DNA from: Promethearchaeota archaeon
Lineage (GTDB): Archaea; Asgardarchaeota; Lokiarchaeia; Sigyniarchaeales; SOKP01
Length of the DNA stretch: 64,000 nucleotides
NCBI GenBank assembly: GCA_011364925.1
Contig: RDOA01000012.1
Coordinates: 18,254 to 82,253, forward strand
Reading direction: 5' to 3'
In this document: positions 25,922-36,486 of the stretch, piece after piece
Layout of the letters: each line of letters starts with the position of its first letter
Position numbering within the stretch: position 1 is the first letter of the stretch
Notes under the pieces: generated by a model
The model's database searches: none
What the model saw: the letters and a program-made list of their open reading frames with translations, nothing else
What the model was told of the DNA's origin: nothing
Program-made: the position numbers and the translations under genes

Positions 25922-28072
25922 TCAAAAGCCGGAAAATATTAAAAATCCAAAACGTATAATCCCTCCAATCAAAATAGCCAACCCTACTTCTAAAATTGCG
26001 ATTTGGGCAGCATATTTCCAGTTTGTTTGCTTTGCGATTAAAATTATTGTAGCAAAGCAAGGTATGTATAACATCGTAACAAGGCTAAACACAATCATCT
26101 GGACGGGAGATAATAATACTATAAGGCTACTGTTTAAAGAATTAGCTAAAACTGATAATAAAACTAATGTTAACTCCTTCCTCAAAATTCCGTATATTAA
26201 AAACACCCCAGTTATAGAGGGTAAACCCAACCATAAAAACGTAACAGGATATAAAATGGTATTTATCGGCTCTAAAGCGTTAAATATCAAAAGAATTTCT
26301 AACACTATTCCAAGAATTATTATTATAGGTAAAGCTTTAAATATGAATTCTTTAGAGCGAACCCATGTTTGCTTAATGATAACTTTAAAGTTAGGTACTC
26401 GATACTCGTGCATTTCCATTATTAATTCTGTACATTGTCCTGGTAGTGTTTTATTCAACAATTTTCCGACTATAAAAATAACAGTGAAATTAATGATAAA
26501 CAAAATAAGAATCCAATAAAAACCTAAATATCGTCCCACTAAACCTAACACAACAGTCATTGTTGCAGCGCAGGGTATAAGAGAAGTAAGAGCGACAGAA
26601 ATTTTTTTTTCACGTTCAGTCTCCATTATTCTACATCCGGCACATGCAGGAACATTACACCCAAATCCTAAGATCATCGGAATTATCGTTTTACCATGAA
26701 CTCCAAGGGAATGCATTACTCTATCCATAAGAAATGCAGCTCTCGGTAAATATCCCGAATCTTGGAGAATTTCTATTACTAAAAAGAATGGAATCACATA
26801 AACTAAAACACCTCCTATAGCTCCAAATAAACCTCCTAAGCCACCATCCCATATAATTTTAACCCAGATATTATTTTCACCAAAATTAGCATGTATAAAA
26901 TTACTCCATATTGTAAATCTATCATCAAGTAAGCCACCGAGGAAATCTCCAATAGAAAAAGTAAAAAAATATATCCCAAATATAACCAAGAGCAATATTA
27001 TATATCCAAAAATTGAATGCGTAGTTAGATGATCAATAAAATCTGAAACTGTTGTTCTTTTAACATTTTTCTTAGCTTTCGTTATTAGCACGAAATCTAC
27101 GACTTTCTTTATTTTATTATAGATTTCCGATGAAATTATAGTATTGATATCTTCACCATGTAGTTCTTCAAGTTGCTCTCTATAACCCTTAGATAACTCT
27201 ATAATCCTACTCCCTTCTTGATTTTCGGTAAATATTTTAAGAACCTCACTATCATTTTCAAGTAATTTTATCGCTAAAAACCTTGAGGGATAGTTACAAG
27301 ATGAAAACTTCTGGGTGTATCTATCAATATTTTCAATTAATACTGATATCTTGAGCTCAACTTCTTTTCCAAAATTAGTAATTTCAAATAAATTTGGGAA
27401 TTCAAAAGTTTTTTGGATATTTACTTTAGGATCACTTCTCTCGTGGATATGTTCGACTCGATAATAATGGTGGCCGTGATGACTTGAAGCTTTTGACCTT
27501 CTTCTCATATAATGGCTGTGAGGATGGCGATAAACTACAAGTTCAATTGCTTCTTCTAACAATTGATGAACTCCTGTTCCATGAACTGCAACCAATGGAA
27601 GGACAGGAAGTTTAAATATTTTTTCTAATTCTTTAAAATCTAAATCAAGATTCCTCTTTCTTAGCAAATCCATTTGATTTATAGCTAAGATCATTGGTAT
27701 TTTTAGTTCTAGTAATTGAAAAGTGAAAAATAAATTCCTTTCCAGATTTGTAGCATCAATAACATTTATGATGAGGTCAACATCATCAGATACCACATAT
27801 TCTCTACTTACAATTTCTTCTAATGAATAAGTTGAAAGAGAATAAATACCAGGCAGATCAACAATATTAAAATGGTAGCCTAAAAAATCTAAATAGCCTT
27901 CCATTTTTTCAACAGTTTTTCCAGGCCAATTTCCAATTGTTTGACTAAGTCCTGTAAGTTGATTGAATATAACTGATTTCCCAACATTTGGATTACCTGC
28001 TAATGCGATGTTTATAGTGTTTTTGTTACTCTTTCCGTTCTTTGATTTATTGCTGGGCAAATGGCAACTCAT
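25922..28072 (-). CDS. feoB: ferrous iron transporter B
   Basis: GNPNVGKS, GNWPGKTVE, DLPGIYSL, DSGYLPRAAF, GFGCNVPA, LYIPCFAT. Confidence 0.95.
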   Translation of the reverse strand: MSCHLPSNKSKNGKSNKNTINIALAGNPNVGKSVIFNQLTGLSQTIGNWPGKTVEKMEGYLDFLGYHFNIVDLPGIYSLSTYSLEEIVSREYVVSDDVDLIINVIDATNLERNLFFTFQLLELKIPMILAINQMDLLRKRNLDLDFKELEKIFKLPVLPLVAVHGTGVHQLLEEAIELVVYRHPHSHYMRRRSKASSHHGHHYYRVEHIHERSDPKVNIQKTFEFPNLFEITNFGKEVELKISVLIENIDRYTQKFSSCNYPSRFLAIKLLENDSEVLKIFTENQEGSRIIELSKGYREQLEELHGEDINTIISSEIYNKIKKVVDFVLITKAKKNVKRTTVSDFIDHLTTHSIFGYIILLLVIFGIYFFTFSIGDFLGGLLDDRFTIWSNFIHANFGENNIWVKIIWDGGLGGLFGAIGGVLVYVIPFFLVIEILQDSGYLPRAAFLMDRVMHSLGVHGKTIIPMILGFGCNVPACAGCRIMETEREKKISVALTSLIPCAATMTVVLGLVGRYLGFYWILILFIINFTVIFIVGKLLNKTLPGQCTELIMEMHEYRVPNFKVIIKQTWVRSKEFIFKALPIIIILGIVLEILLIFNALEPINTILYPVTFLWLGLPSITGVFLIYGILRKELTLVLLSVLANSLNSSLIVLLSPVQMIVFSLVTMLYIPCFATIILIAKQTNWKYAAQIAILEVGLAILIGGIIRFGFLIFSGF

Positions 28073-28143
28073 TCTTAACTAACCTTTTAGAATGTTCTAA
28101 AATTTAGATAGATTTCACATAAATTTACATTTTATAGCAAGAA

Positions 28144-28482
28144 TCAGTTTTTACAAGCTCTGTTGCATTCTACTATAATTTTTGAAGCTAGTCCCCTGCC
28201 TATGACTAAAGCCGAACCTTTTACGATTATTTCTAAGGGTCCTTTAAACGGAGCATTTTTAGTTTTAGTAATTTTTACTCCTGGTACAACCCCAAGATTT
28301 GCAAGTCGAGTTTTTGCATTACGACCTGCGTTAACGCGTAATACAACGACTTCCTCACCTTTTTCACATTCTGTTAAACATTTAACTAGAGGGGTTCCAT
28401 TAGCTTGGTTTTCTTTGTTTTGAATTGATTTCTGTAACATTTTCATATTCAAACCTTTATATAATATATCAATTGAAACCAT
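28144..28482 (-). CDS. feoA: ferrous iron transport protein A
   Basis: RLANLGVVPG...APFKGP...IGRGLASKI; upstream of feoB; exact start uncertain. Confidence 0.9.
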   Translation of the reverse strand: MVSIDILYKGLNMKMLQKSIQNKENQANGTPLVKCLTECEKGEEVVVLRVNAGRNAKTRLANLGVVPGVKITKTKNAPFKGPLEIIVKGSALVIGRGLASKIIVECNRACKN

Positions 28483-28726
28483 TTAAATTTTTTAGTTATA
28501 TTTAATTATGTTTGAAATTTCTCTTAAAAATGAAAAGTAAACCTTAATTACATCTCAACTAGTCGCGATAATTGAATAAATTAAATATTTAATCAGAGAT
28601 TTATTAGAAAATATTCTAACTCTTTTTCGTTATTACCTTCACACTTTATTAAGAAGCAACATTATTTGCTTTTTTTCATCATATTTCGATTCCAGATCAA
28701 TTAAGTTGCTAATTTCAATCCCATTT

Positions 28727-28740
28727 TTAGGTTCTCCTAA
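28727..28740. promoter_or_regulatory. candidate DtxR/IdeR-family operator upstream of feoAB
   Basis: TTAGG-ttct-CCTAA inverted repeat matching the TTAGG-N4-CCTAA core of DtxR boxes. Confidence 0.45.
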
Positions 28741-28775
28741 TTATTTACTTTTTGAATGCTAAGATGGTTCATTAT

Positions 28776-29888
28776 TTATTTCAAAAAGTAGTCAAATAAA
28801 AGGAGTATAAATTCCATTATAAAAATAAAACTGAGCAAAATTTCAAGGTATAATAGGAATTTTTCATTGATATTAGTTTGAGTAACACTATATATATTTT
28901 CAAGCGTTTCCAAACTAAATCGTATACTTTTACTCCACTGTTCTAATTGAAATAAGTCAGATAAATGTCTATATATTTCAGCTAAATAATAATCTCCAAT
29001 TAATTTTGAGACGTTTTCAATATTTTGTAGTAAAAATAATAAATCATATCTTAATCTAATTAAACGTCCTAATTTCTTTTTTAATCTTCTAAATAAACTT
29101 CGACTTCTAAAATAAATTTTACGGATATCTTCTTCTGCTATTGCTAACCTTCTATCTAAAAGCTTGTGTATTGCTCGTAATTCAAGTAATTGATAGTTTG
29201 CAATCTCAACAACAAGCAATATATCGTCATAATCTAAACTTGGATCAATAATTAGACATCTATCAAAATCAAAGACTAGATAATCTTTTTTCAAAAATGA
29301 AAAAGTCTTTTTAAATGTATTATCAATTTGTTCTTTACTGAGATTTAATTCAGGGTTTTCTCCCATAAGTAAAGCAGAAATATAATTCTTATTTTTCTCG
29401 ACAAATTCTTTAGGGTTTCCAAGATCATCAGTTAAGCAATATAATGTGTATTTTTCATGTTCAGATTCACCAAATAGATAACCCTCTTCACCAATGCAAT
29501 CTCTTATTTGCTTATACACTTTATTATGATGATATTTTAAAAAATTGTTTATTTGAAATTTACCATCATCAGTATTAAATGCGATTTTTTTCAATTTATG
29601 TAGCTCATTTAGAGGTAAATTGTGAAAATCAATCCTTGCAATCAAAGAAATTACGCCTTCTGCATAGATCTTAACATTTAATGATATTTTTTCAATATTT
29701 TTTAGTTCAGAAGTTATCTTCTGAGTAACTTCTAAATTTAATGGATCAGGAAAATCAACGTACGCAGGTGTGTCTTTAGTTTTGATAATCTTTTTATCTT
29801 GGATAGCAGGAATCAGAGTAGTAGCTTTTTTCAAGTCTATATTACGACCAACATCAGTTAAACGTAAAAAAATTAGTTCTCCGTTCAA
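28776..29888 (-). CDS. hypothetical protein with C-terminal TM helix (RMD1/DUF155-like)
   Basis: helical region EIANYQLLELR..., IGDYYLAEIY, ending LEILLSFIFIMEFILLL. Confidence 0.55.
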   Translation of the reverse strand: MNGELIFLRLTDVGRNIDLKKATTLIPAIQDKKIIKTKDTPAYVDFPDPLNLEVTQKITSELKNIEKISLNVKIYAEGVISLIARIDFHNLPLNELHKLKKIAFNTDDGKFQINNFLKYHHNKVYKQIRDCIGEEGYLFGESEHEKYTLYCLTDDLGNPKEFVEKNKNYISALLMGENPELNLSKEQIDNTFKKTFSFLKKDYLVFDFDRCLIIDPSLDYDDILLVVEIANYQLLELRAIHKLLDRRLAIAEEDIRKIYFRSRSLFRRLKKKLGRLIRLRYDLLFLLQNIENVSKLIGDYYLAEIYRHLSDLFQLEQWSKSIRFSLETLENIYSVTQTNINEKFLLYLEILLSFIFIMEFILLLFDYFLK

Positions 29889-30033
29889 AACAAAATTTAC
29901 CTTGATTAAATAAAAATTTTGTATCTAGTTGAATATACAGATTTTTTACTTTTTAAAAAATTTTTTTACTTTAGAAATCTCATTATTTAATATAAATTAA
30001 TGTAGTTTGATTTATGCACTGAAGGTTTTATTT

Positions 30034-31419
30034 TTGAGTGATTTAGAAGGTTTGACAAGAAGATTGTTAATACAAAATAAATCTGAAGAAGAAATTCTTA
30101 AAAGATTAGTTCAAGAATACATCGATTTTAAGGATATTAGTGAGGAGCTAGCATATAGGTTTGCAGAAGCAATCTTAGCAGAGTGCAAGGAAAGCGATAT
30201 ATCTCATGTTACAGAACCTTTTATTAGAGATCTTCTAGGAATAAATAAGGCTAACGTGACGGTAGGGAAACAAGGTGTTGGATGTCGAGGTGTAGGAGAT
30301 TTTTTTGTTCATAAATTAATAGCAAATTTATCAGAGACTAAAAAACAACCTTTTTTATCTCCAACTTCTTTGGATGACGCTGGAGCAGTTAAATTGGGGG
30401 ATTTAGAAAGAAAGGATGAAATTATAATCGTTTCTAAAATGGAGGGTATTCACAGTCGATTGAGTGATTTTCCTTTTATCTGTGGATTTCACGTTACTCG
30501 AGCGTGTCTACGAGATTTGTATGTAAAAGGAGCAGAACCTTTTTCGATTATGGTTGATGTACATTTAGCTGATGATGCTGATGTGGGAAAATTATTTGAC
30601 TTTATAGCAGGAGTTTCCACGGTTGCTGAATTATCAGGTGTACCTATAACTGCCGGTTCTACACTTAGAATCGGGGGAGATATGGTTATTGGAAATAGGT
30701 TAGTAGGAGGGATTAGCGCAGTAGGAATCGCTCGAAATCAATTATTGGCAAGACGCAATATTCAAGTTGGAGATAAAATATTGATGACTGAAGGGGCGGG
30801 AGGTGGAACAATAACCACTACAGCAATATATTCGGGAAACCATAATGTTGTAACCGAGACAATGAATATAAAGTTCCTTGAAGCTTGTAAGACAATTTTA
30901 AATTCGAATTACATCAATGAAATTCATGCTATGTGTGACGTGACGAACGGAGGTCTTAGAGGTGATCTCTATGAAATAAACTATGAAGCTAAAGCGGGTG
31001 TAACAATCTACGAGAAAAATGTCCGAAATCTTGTTAATCCTAAGGTTCTGGAACTATTAGAAAAACAGGGAGTTGATTATTTGGGTGTGTCTCTTGATGC
31101 TCTTTTGATTTATTGTCCAGAAAGCGTTTCAGAACAAATAATTAATGATTTAACAGCCCAGAATATTAGTTGCTCTGAAATCGGGTATGTTGATGATTCT
31201 AACCAAGTAAACATGGTTTTTGAAGGGGAAGAAAAAAAATTAATACTCCCCCAATTCCGAGAATCTGCCTATACCAGAATTAAACAAGAAATAGGAAATG
31301 GAACTCCTGAAATGATTCAAGAAATGGAAATGAAGATTGAAAAAGCTGCTTCCGAAGCTTTGAAAAAGAAGGAAAGAATTACCGAATATATTAAAAATAA
31401 AAGTTTAAAAATAGAGTAG
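30034..31419 (+). CDS. AIR synthase (PurM)-related protein, archaeal type
   Basis: GVGCRGVGDFFVH, DDAG, HSRLSDFP, GSTLRIGGD, MCDVTNGGLRGD, FRESAYT; TTG 30034 likely start. Confidence 0.85.
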   Translation: MSDLEGLTRRLLIQNKSEEEILKRLVQEYIDFKDISEELAYRFAEAILAECKESDISHVTEPFIRDLLGINKANVTVGKQGVGCRGVGDFFVHKLIANLSETKKQPFLSPTSLDDAGAVKLGDLERKDEIIIVSKMEGIHSRLSDFPFICGFHVTRACLRDLYVKGAEPFSIMVDVHLADDADVGKLFDFIAGVSTVAELSGVPITAGSTLRIGGDMVIGNRLVGGISAVGIARNQLLARRNIQVGDKILMTEGAGGGTITTTAIYSGNHNVVTETMNIKFLEACKTILNSNYINEIHAMCDVTNGGLRGDLYEINYEAKAGVTIYEKNVRNLVNPKVLELLEKQGVDYLGVSLDALLIYCPESVSEQIINDLTAQNISCSEIGYVDDSNQVNMVFEGEEKKLILPQFRESAYTRIKQEIGNGTPEMIQEMEMKIEKAASEALKKKERITEYIKNKSLKIE

Positions 31420-31422
31420 TGT

Positions 31423-32169
31423 TTGATTTTGTTAGTCAAATTTTTAGGTACAAATGGTTGGTATTCCACATTCAGTAATACTACTTGTACTTTAATCGAT
31501 TCGGATAATTATTACATTGTCTTCGATGCTGGAGATGGAATATATAAATTAGATAATTATATTCAAGAAATTAAACCTATAATTATATTTCTTAGTCATA
31601 CGCATCTTGATCACATTATTGGATTACATATTTTAAGTAAATTTAGATTCAAACAAGAAGTTAAAATTTATGGGTATAAAGGAACTAGAAATGCTTTAAA
31701 CACTCTTTTAAACCATCCATTCACCACAGCTTTATCCGATTTACCCAGTAAGATTGAAATCTGTGATTTCAAGGAAGGTATACATAATAATCCATTAAAT
31801 TTTACAAGTAAAAAGCTTATTCATTCAGATGTTTGTGTTGGTTTTAAAATTAATATAGAAAATAGAATAATTTCATATTGTACCGATACAGGTGTGTGTG
31901 ATAACTTGTATTCATTGTCAGAAAATGCTGATTTATTAATTAGCGAATGTTCATATAAACCTGGACAGGAGAAATGGGGTTGGCCTCATCTTAAACCCGA
32001 GGAGATTGCTCTTGTAGCAAAAAACTCTAATGTTCAGCAGCTAATTCTTACTCATTTTGACGCTAGTATTTTTCTATCTATGGAAGAACGAAAAAGAACC
32101 GTTAAAAAGGCAAAAAAGATTTTTCCACAAACAATTGCCGCTTATGATGGATTAGAATTGACATTATAA
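31423..32169 (+). CDS. RNase Z-like metallo-beta-lactamase fold hydrolase
   Basis: FLGTNG, DAGDG, SHTHLDH, YCTDT, DLLISEC, LTH. Confidence 0.85.
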   Translation: MILLVKFLGTNGWYSTFSNTTCTLIDSDNYYIVFDAGDGIYKLDNYIQEIKPIIIFLSHTHLDHIIGLHILSKFRFKQEVKIYGYKGTRNALNTLLNHPFTTALSDLPSKIEICDFKEGIHNNPLNFTSKKLIHSDVCVGFKINIENRIISYCTDTGVCDNLYSLSENADLLISECSYKPGQEKWGWPHLKPEEIALVAKNSNVQQLILTHFDASIFLSMEERKRTVKKAKKIFPQTIAAYDGLELTL

Positions 32170-32245
32170 CATGATCTAGATATTAGAAAGAATTTTATTT
32201 GTAATCAATTAATAATTTATCGGGAAATTTATTCAAAAAATAATG

Positions 32246-32362
32246 AAACAAGAAATTGGAGAAGGTACACCTCACCAAAAAGATGATATGGAAAAAGTGA
32301 TTGGTATAGTTGCTAAAAAATCGTCAGAAAAACGAAATAGCATGATAAATTATATTAAAAAC
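32246..32362 (+). pseudogene. duplicated 3' fragment of the AIR synthase-related gene
   Basis: KQEIGEGTP...YIKN aligns ungapped with KQEIGNGTP...YIKN encoded at 31282..31398 (17/39 identical). Confidence 0.75.
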
Positions 32363-32398
32363 ATTCAATTTAAAAAAATAAAAAAAAGAATAGAAGTT

Positions 32399-33436
32399 TT
32401 AATAATTCTTGACTTTATATTTCTGTAATTTGAAGATTTTATAGAAATCTTCTATGGTTGTTAGACATACTATCACTATTAAAGCAACGAAACCTAGCCT
32501 ATATATATTATAGAATTCTACTGGAATTCCCACTTGAATCCATGGTTCTGAGAAGTAAGGAAATATCTCAGGTCGGTTCATTAAATATAAAAGCAGTGGA
32601 ATCCATAAGAATTTAACAGCTATTATGAAGCCATGAAGTATTTGATGAGTTTCTGGTTTTCTATTACCAATAATTCCACGAGCAATATCCAAAATACATT
32701 CGAAAATCAAAAGTAAACCAGCAAATCTGAGAGCTACTAAGAAGTCAGAGATAAACATAAATGTTGGGAACGGCTGAAAAAGCAATAAAACCCCGAATAT
32801 TAAGCCAATGCTAGCAGCAATGACTTCACCAATAGGCTTAATAAATGGTTTTAAAGGTTTAGCTGTTATTTCTGATACAGTCAAACCTGCTTCCTCAGAT
32901 TTTTCTTGTTCTGACTTAAGTAATCTTTGCTTTTTCTTAGATTTAAAATCTTCTGGGAAATACCCCTCCATGGATAAAACTACAAATATAATTGATATTA
33001 TAACAAATGATGCCAGTAAACCCATTTGGATCCCTGTGACAAATCCATCAATTAACAGTTCCCATGAGATAACCTCGGTTAAGATGCTAGCAATCATTCC
33101 CACTAAATTAAGAGTAATTATTACTGCAAATACAATTCCTAACACTCGAGTATATACAGGCCACATTTGTTTAGTAATATATACCTTTGGATCTCCACGT
33201 CGCTTGTACTTTTTTGCAATACTCTGAGGAGTGCCCATCTGAGCGATGGCTTTTCTTACTGATTGTTCGGTAGTTTGCTCTGTCTCCGATATTTCTGCAG
33301 CTTTTTGCCATATATGCTTTTCTAGTTCGGCTAATATTTCTTTATGTTCACTTTTATCTTTTAACCAATCAGGAAAAGATTTCTTCACTTTCTTCATAAA
33401 TTCTTTAACTAATTCTTCTTGATTTTGTTGATTCAT
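32399..33436 (-). CDS. membrane protein with N-terminal HAAS-type helical domain (PadR-associated)
   Basis: EILAELEKHI...AIAQMGTPQSIAKKY followed by about 6 TM helices; paralog of 36487..37722. Confidence 0.75.
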   Translation of the reverse strand: MNQQNQEELVKEFMKKVKKSFPDWLKDKSEHKEILAELEKHIWQKAAEISETEQTTEQSVRKAIAQMGTPQSIAKKYKRRGDPKVYITKQMWPVYTRVLGIVFAVIITLNLVGMIASILTEVISWELLIDGFVTGIQMGLLASFVIISIIFVVLSMEGYFPEDFKSKKKQRLLKSEQEKSEEAGLTVSEITAKPLKPFIKPIGEVIAASIGLIFGVLLLFQPFPTFMFISDFLVALRFAGLLLIFECILDIARGIIGNRKPETHQILHGFIIAVKFLWIPLLLYLMNRPEIFPYFSEPWIQVGIPVEFYNIYRLGFVALIVIVCLTTIEDFYKIFKLQKYKVKNY

Positions 33437-33459
33437 ATTTATTACCTCGTGATTTTAAT

Positions 33460-33900
33460 TAGCGTTCAATATTATGCCTATAAACATCGCAAAATAGAAG
33501 TTCGTTATTAGAGAGATTTGATTAATAAGTTCAATTAAGATAGAAGATATAGCGATCTAGTTTTAGATTTACATTTACATTAAATAGGGGAGCTAAAGCT
33601 TCTATTAATTTAGAAAAAATCCCTCTAAATAGTTGAATACTTATATACCATAATTTTTCATAATATAAAACTTTTTTCTTCTTCCGAGTTTATCTGGTTT
33701 ATATTTTATAATTCTTTCCCCTTCAGTCTTTATTAATGTGTGGTATAACGTACCATCGTTAATTAATTGAATTTTGGTTATAACTTAGAATAAATCTTCT
33801 GAAATTTGAAAGCCATGCACAAATTCATCACTATTGCTCATGATATTCATTAAAGTACCCAAAATAGGTATTGATCTTTTGAATATTGATTTTAATTTAG
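33460..33900 (-). pseudogene. degraded PadR-family transcriptional regulator
   Basis: minus-strand translation ...EFVHGFQISEDLF*VITKIQLINDGTLYHTLIKTEGERII...GRRKKFY; in-frame TAA at 33785-33787, then frameshift and further stops. Confidence 0.75.
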
Positions 33901-33972
33901 TGGTACATCCTAAAAATTTAGAATCTAATACTTAAGGACTTTAGAAGGAAAATAATATTACACTTATTATTA

Positions 33973-34809
33973 TTATCTATTCTCTTCATTAAGAATTAAG
34001 ATTTCATTCAGTGAACCTGATCTAAATCCTTCTAAATCGATTGTAACATAACAAAAACCTAATTCTTTTAATTTAGTCTTAATATCTTCAATGTTTTCAT
34101 CCGTCATAACCTTCGAAATATCTTTTGGTAATAGTTCGATTCGCGCTAGTTTACCATCGTGAAGCCTGACTCGTAACTGATTTAAATCGTAAGAATTTTT
34201 CAAGAATTTTTCAGCTTCTCTTATCATATTTAATTTTTCCTCGTTAATCTCCTGATTATAGGGGATTCGGGACGAAAAACACGCCATGGAAGGCTTTGAT
34301 TGCACATCTAAATTAAAGTACTTACAGATTTCTCTAATTTCTTGCTTATTGATCTTGTAATCTATATAAGGAGTAACAATATTTAGTTCCTTTAAGGCTT
34401 GCATACCTGGTCTATAATCAGATAAATCATCGAGATTTGACCCATCTAAGATTATATCAAAGTTCCTTTCTGCTTTAATTTTAATTATGTCTTCGTACAA
34501 ACCTGTTTTGCAGATATAGCACCTATTTTTAGGATTGATGCGAAAATTTTCGTCCTCTAAGGGATTACGCTCTATTATTAAATGATTTATATTATGATTT
34601 TGTGCAAATTCACTAGTTAATCGAATCTCATCGTCAGGATAGAGGATTGATTTTTCAGTTACTAGCAAAGTTTCTTTAGCATATTTATTAGACAGGTATG
34701 CTAATAAACTGCTATCAACACCTCCAGAAAATGCAACTATCGCTTTTTTACTTTTTAAGAAGGTTACTAGACTTTCCAACTTATTTTTCAGATTTTTAGG
34801 CAAATCCAT
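33973..34809 (-). CDS. larE: ATP-dependent sacrificial sulfur transferase (PP-loop)
   Basis: AFSGGVDS, NRCYICK, DGSNLDDLSDYRPG, ACFSSRIPY, QLRVRLH, GFRSGSLN. Confidence 0.92.
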   Translation of the reverse strand: MDLPKNLKNKLESLVTFLKSKKAIVAFSGGVDSSLLAYLSNKYAKETLLVTEKSILYPDDEIRLTSEFAQNHNINHLIIERNPLEDENFRINPKNRCYICKTGLYEDIIKIKAERNFDIILDGSNLDDLSDYRPGMQALKELNIVTPYIDYKINKQEIREICKYFNLDVQSKPSMACFSSRIPYNQEINEEKLNMIREAEKFLKNSYDLNQLRVRLHDGKLARIELLPKDISKVMTDENIEDIKTKLKELGFCYVTIDLEGFRSGSLNEILILNEENR

Positions 34810-34885
34810 CGTTAACCTAATTCCTTAGAACACATGAAGAAAAATAAATTTTTATTTTAAAAAATATAAATACATTTCTTTTTGT

Positions 34886-35638
34886 TTAGGTTTTATTAAT
34901 TTCATCTGATTTAAAGCTCCTTAATATGAGAAACGCTATAGGTATTAACCAAATAAACGCAGAAAAAAGCATCATCCATTCAAGAAAAGATCTCGTTGTT
35001 GTAATCGGTGGAAAAATAAACAATATAGTTGCAATAAATGGTCCTACCATCATGTAGAGCCCTAACAATCTCGGAAAGAGTGTCTTTTTTAAGTAAAAAA
35101 GGATGGCTATTCCATTAAGAAACGCTCCAATAGCTAGTCCTGCGAATACAATAACTGAAAATGTAAAATGTAATCCCAATTTGGTGGTTCTATCCTCACT
35201 AAATAATCCCACTCCAAACAATCCAACTGCGCCTGCAAGGAGAGAAAGCAATCCAAAAAAAGCAATTACATCAAGATGGATATAATAAATTCTTTTAAAT
35301 AGTGAATTATTTGAATCAAGAATAATACTTTCAGTTCCTGACATTAATATTTTTGTCATGTAGAAGAAAACAGGTACGAGAAAACAAGCGGTTATCATCG
35401 CAATAGTATCTAAAATTAGAGGAGCAGGAGTAAACCGAATAGATCCTAAATCACTAATGTAGTTGTCAATTATATTATAACTTTCTGGACCAAAAAAATA
35501 TGCGATTATCACCCCAATAAGGAGTCCAGGCAAGAAAGTTACTAAACTTACATAAACACATATTTTAATTAAGTTTTGATTTAAAAATTGGTTAAAAAAA
35601 CGATTAATTGGCAATACTATTGAATTAAGCAGGCTCAT
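34886..35638 (-). CDS. DUF998-like membrane protein
   Basis: YNIIDNYISDLG, GVGLFSED, H in TM segment, LEW. Confidence 0.7.
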   Translation of the reverse strand: MSLLNSIVLPINRFFNQFLNQNLIKICVYVSLVTFLPGLLIGVIIAYFFGPESYNIIDNYISDLGSIRFTPAPLILDTIAMITACFLVPVFFYMTKILMSGTESIILDSNNSLFKRIYYIHLDVIAFFGLLSLLAGAVGLFGVGLFSEDRTTKLGLHFTFSVIVFAGLAIGAFLNGIAILFYLKKTLFPRLLGLYMMVGPFIATILFIFPPITTTRSFLEWMMLFSAFIWLIPIAFLILRSFKSDEINKT

Positions 35639-35829
35639 GCATGGTAAAATTTATACTTGCGTTTAAAATTATGGTAAAATAAAAAATTGAAACAAAATAA
35701 GAATTGAATAAAGGAACAAGATAACTTTAATAAAGGTTGTATAGTAACATAGAATATTGAGAATCTTTCTTAATACTAATGCTTTAAAGTATCAGAATTT
35801 AGGAAATTAAACAAATCTAATATCTATAG

Positions 35830-36405
35830 GTGGATATAATGACATTTCTAAATAATTTGTGGCTTTTTTATGGTATTGATTATATTATTGCTTATTCTAC
35901 TCAAATATGGGCAAATCGTAAAAGAGGAGAGCCTTTTGATGATCCTGAATTTTTATTTTCTGATAAAAAGATTGTAGTTATTGCATTATTGTGGCTTTTT
36001 GGAGGATTAATAATTAGTCTATTTGTTCCTGTAAATCTTGGGTTGTTATTTTATATTGGCTTTCCACTCAATATATTGGGCTTAGTTATTGGAGAACTTT
36101 CTCTGTATTCTTTTGCTCACAATAAGGGGCTTACTACGTCTAGAATTCATCGCTACTCGAGAAATCCCATATATGTTGGAACGACAATCATGTATTTGGG
36201 CTTAACATTGATGGGTTTGTCGGAATCAATCTGGAGCATCGTCTTCTTTATTTATTTTATTGTTACTATACCATATTTCCACTGGACTGTTCTCCTTGAG
36301 GAAGCTTTTTTAATCAAGAAATATGGTGATCGGTACCAACAATATTTAAAAATTACTCCAAGATATCTTGGAATACCAAAAAAAAGAACTGAAATTTCTT
36401 CATAA
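35830..36405 (+). CDS. isoprenylcysteine carboxylmethyltransferase / PEMT family membrane protein
   Basis: YSRNPIYVG, EEAFLIKKYGDRYQQY...PRY. Confidence 0.85.
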   Translation: MDIMTFLNNLWLFYGIDYIIAYSTQIWANRKRGEPFDDPEFLFSDKKIVVIALLWLFGGLIISLFVPVNLGLLFYIGFPLNILGLVIGELSLYSFAHNKGLTTSRIHRYSRNPIYVGTTIMYLGLTLMGLSESIWSIVFFIYFIVTIPYFHWTVLLEEAFLIKKYGDRYQQYLKITPRYLGIPKKRTEISS

Positions 36406-36486
36406 GATAATAGTTAATTCAAATTCATTTCTATTTAAGTTAGTTAATCAGAACTTATTATTAATTAAAAAAAAAAGGAAAAATAA

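Noticed and set aside
28500-28775. Possible decayed ORF between feoA and the upstream gene
   Set aside because: Short broken frames with no family I can recognise
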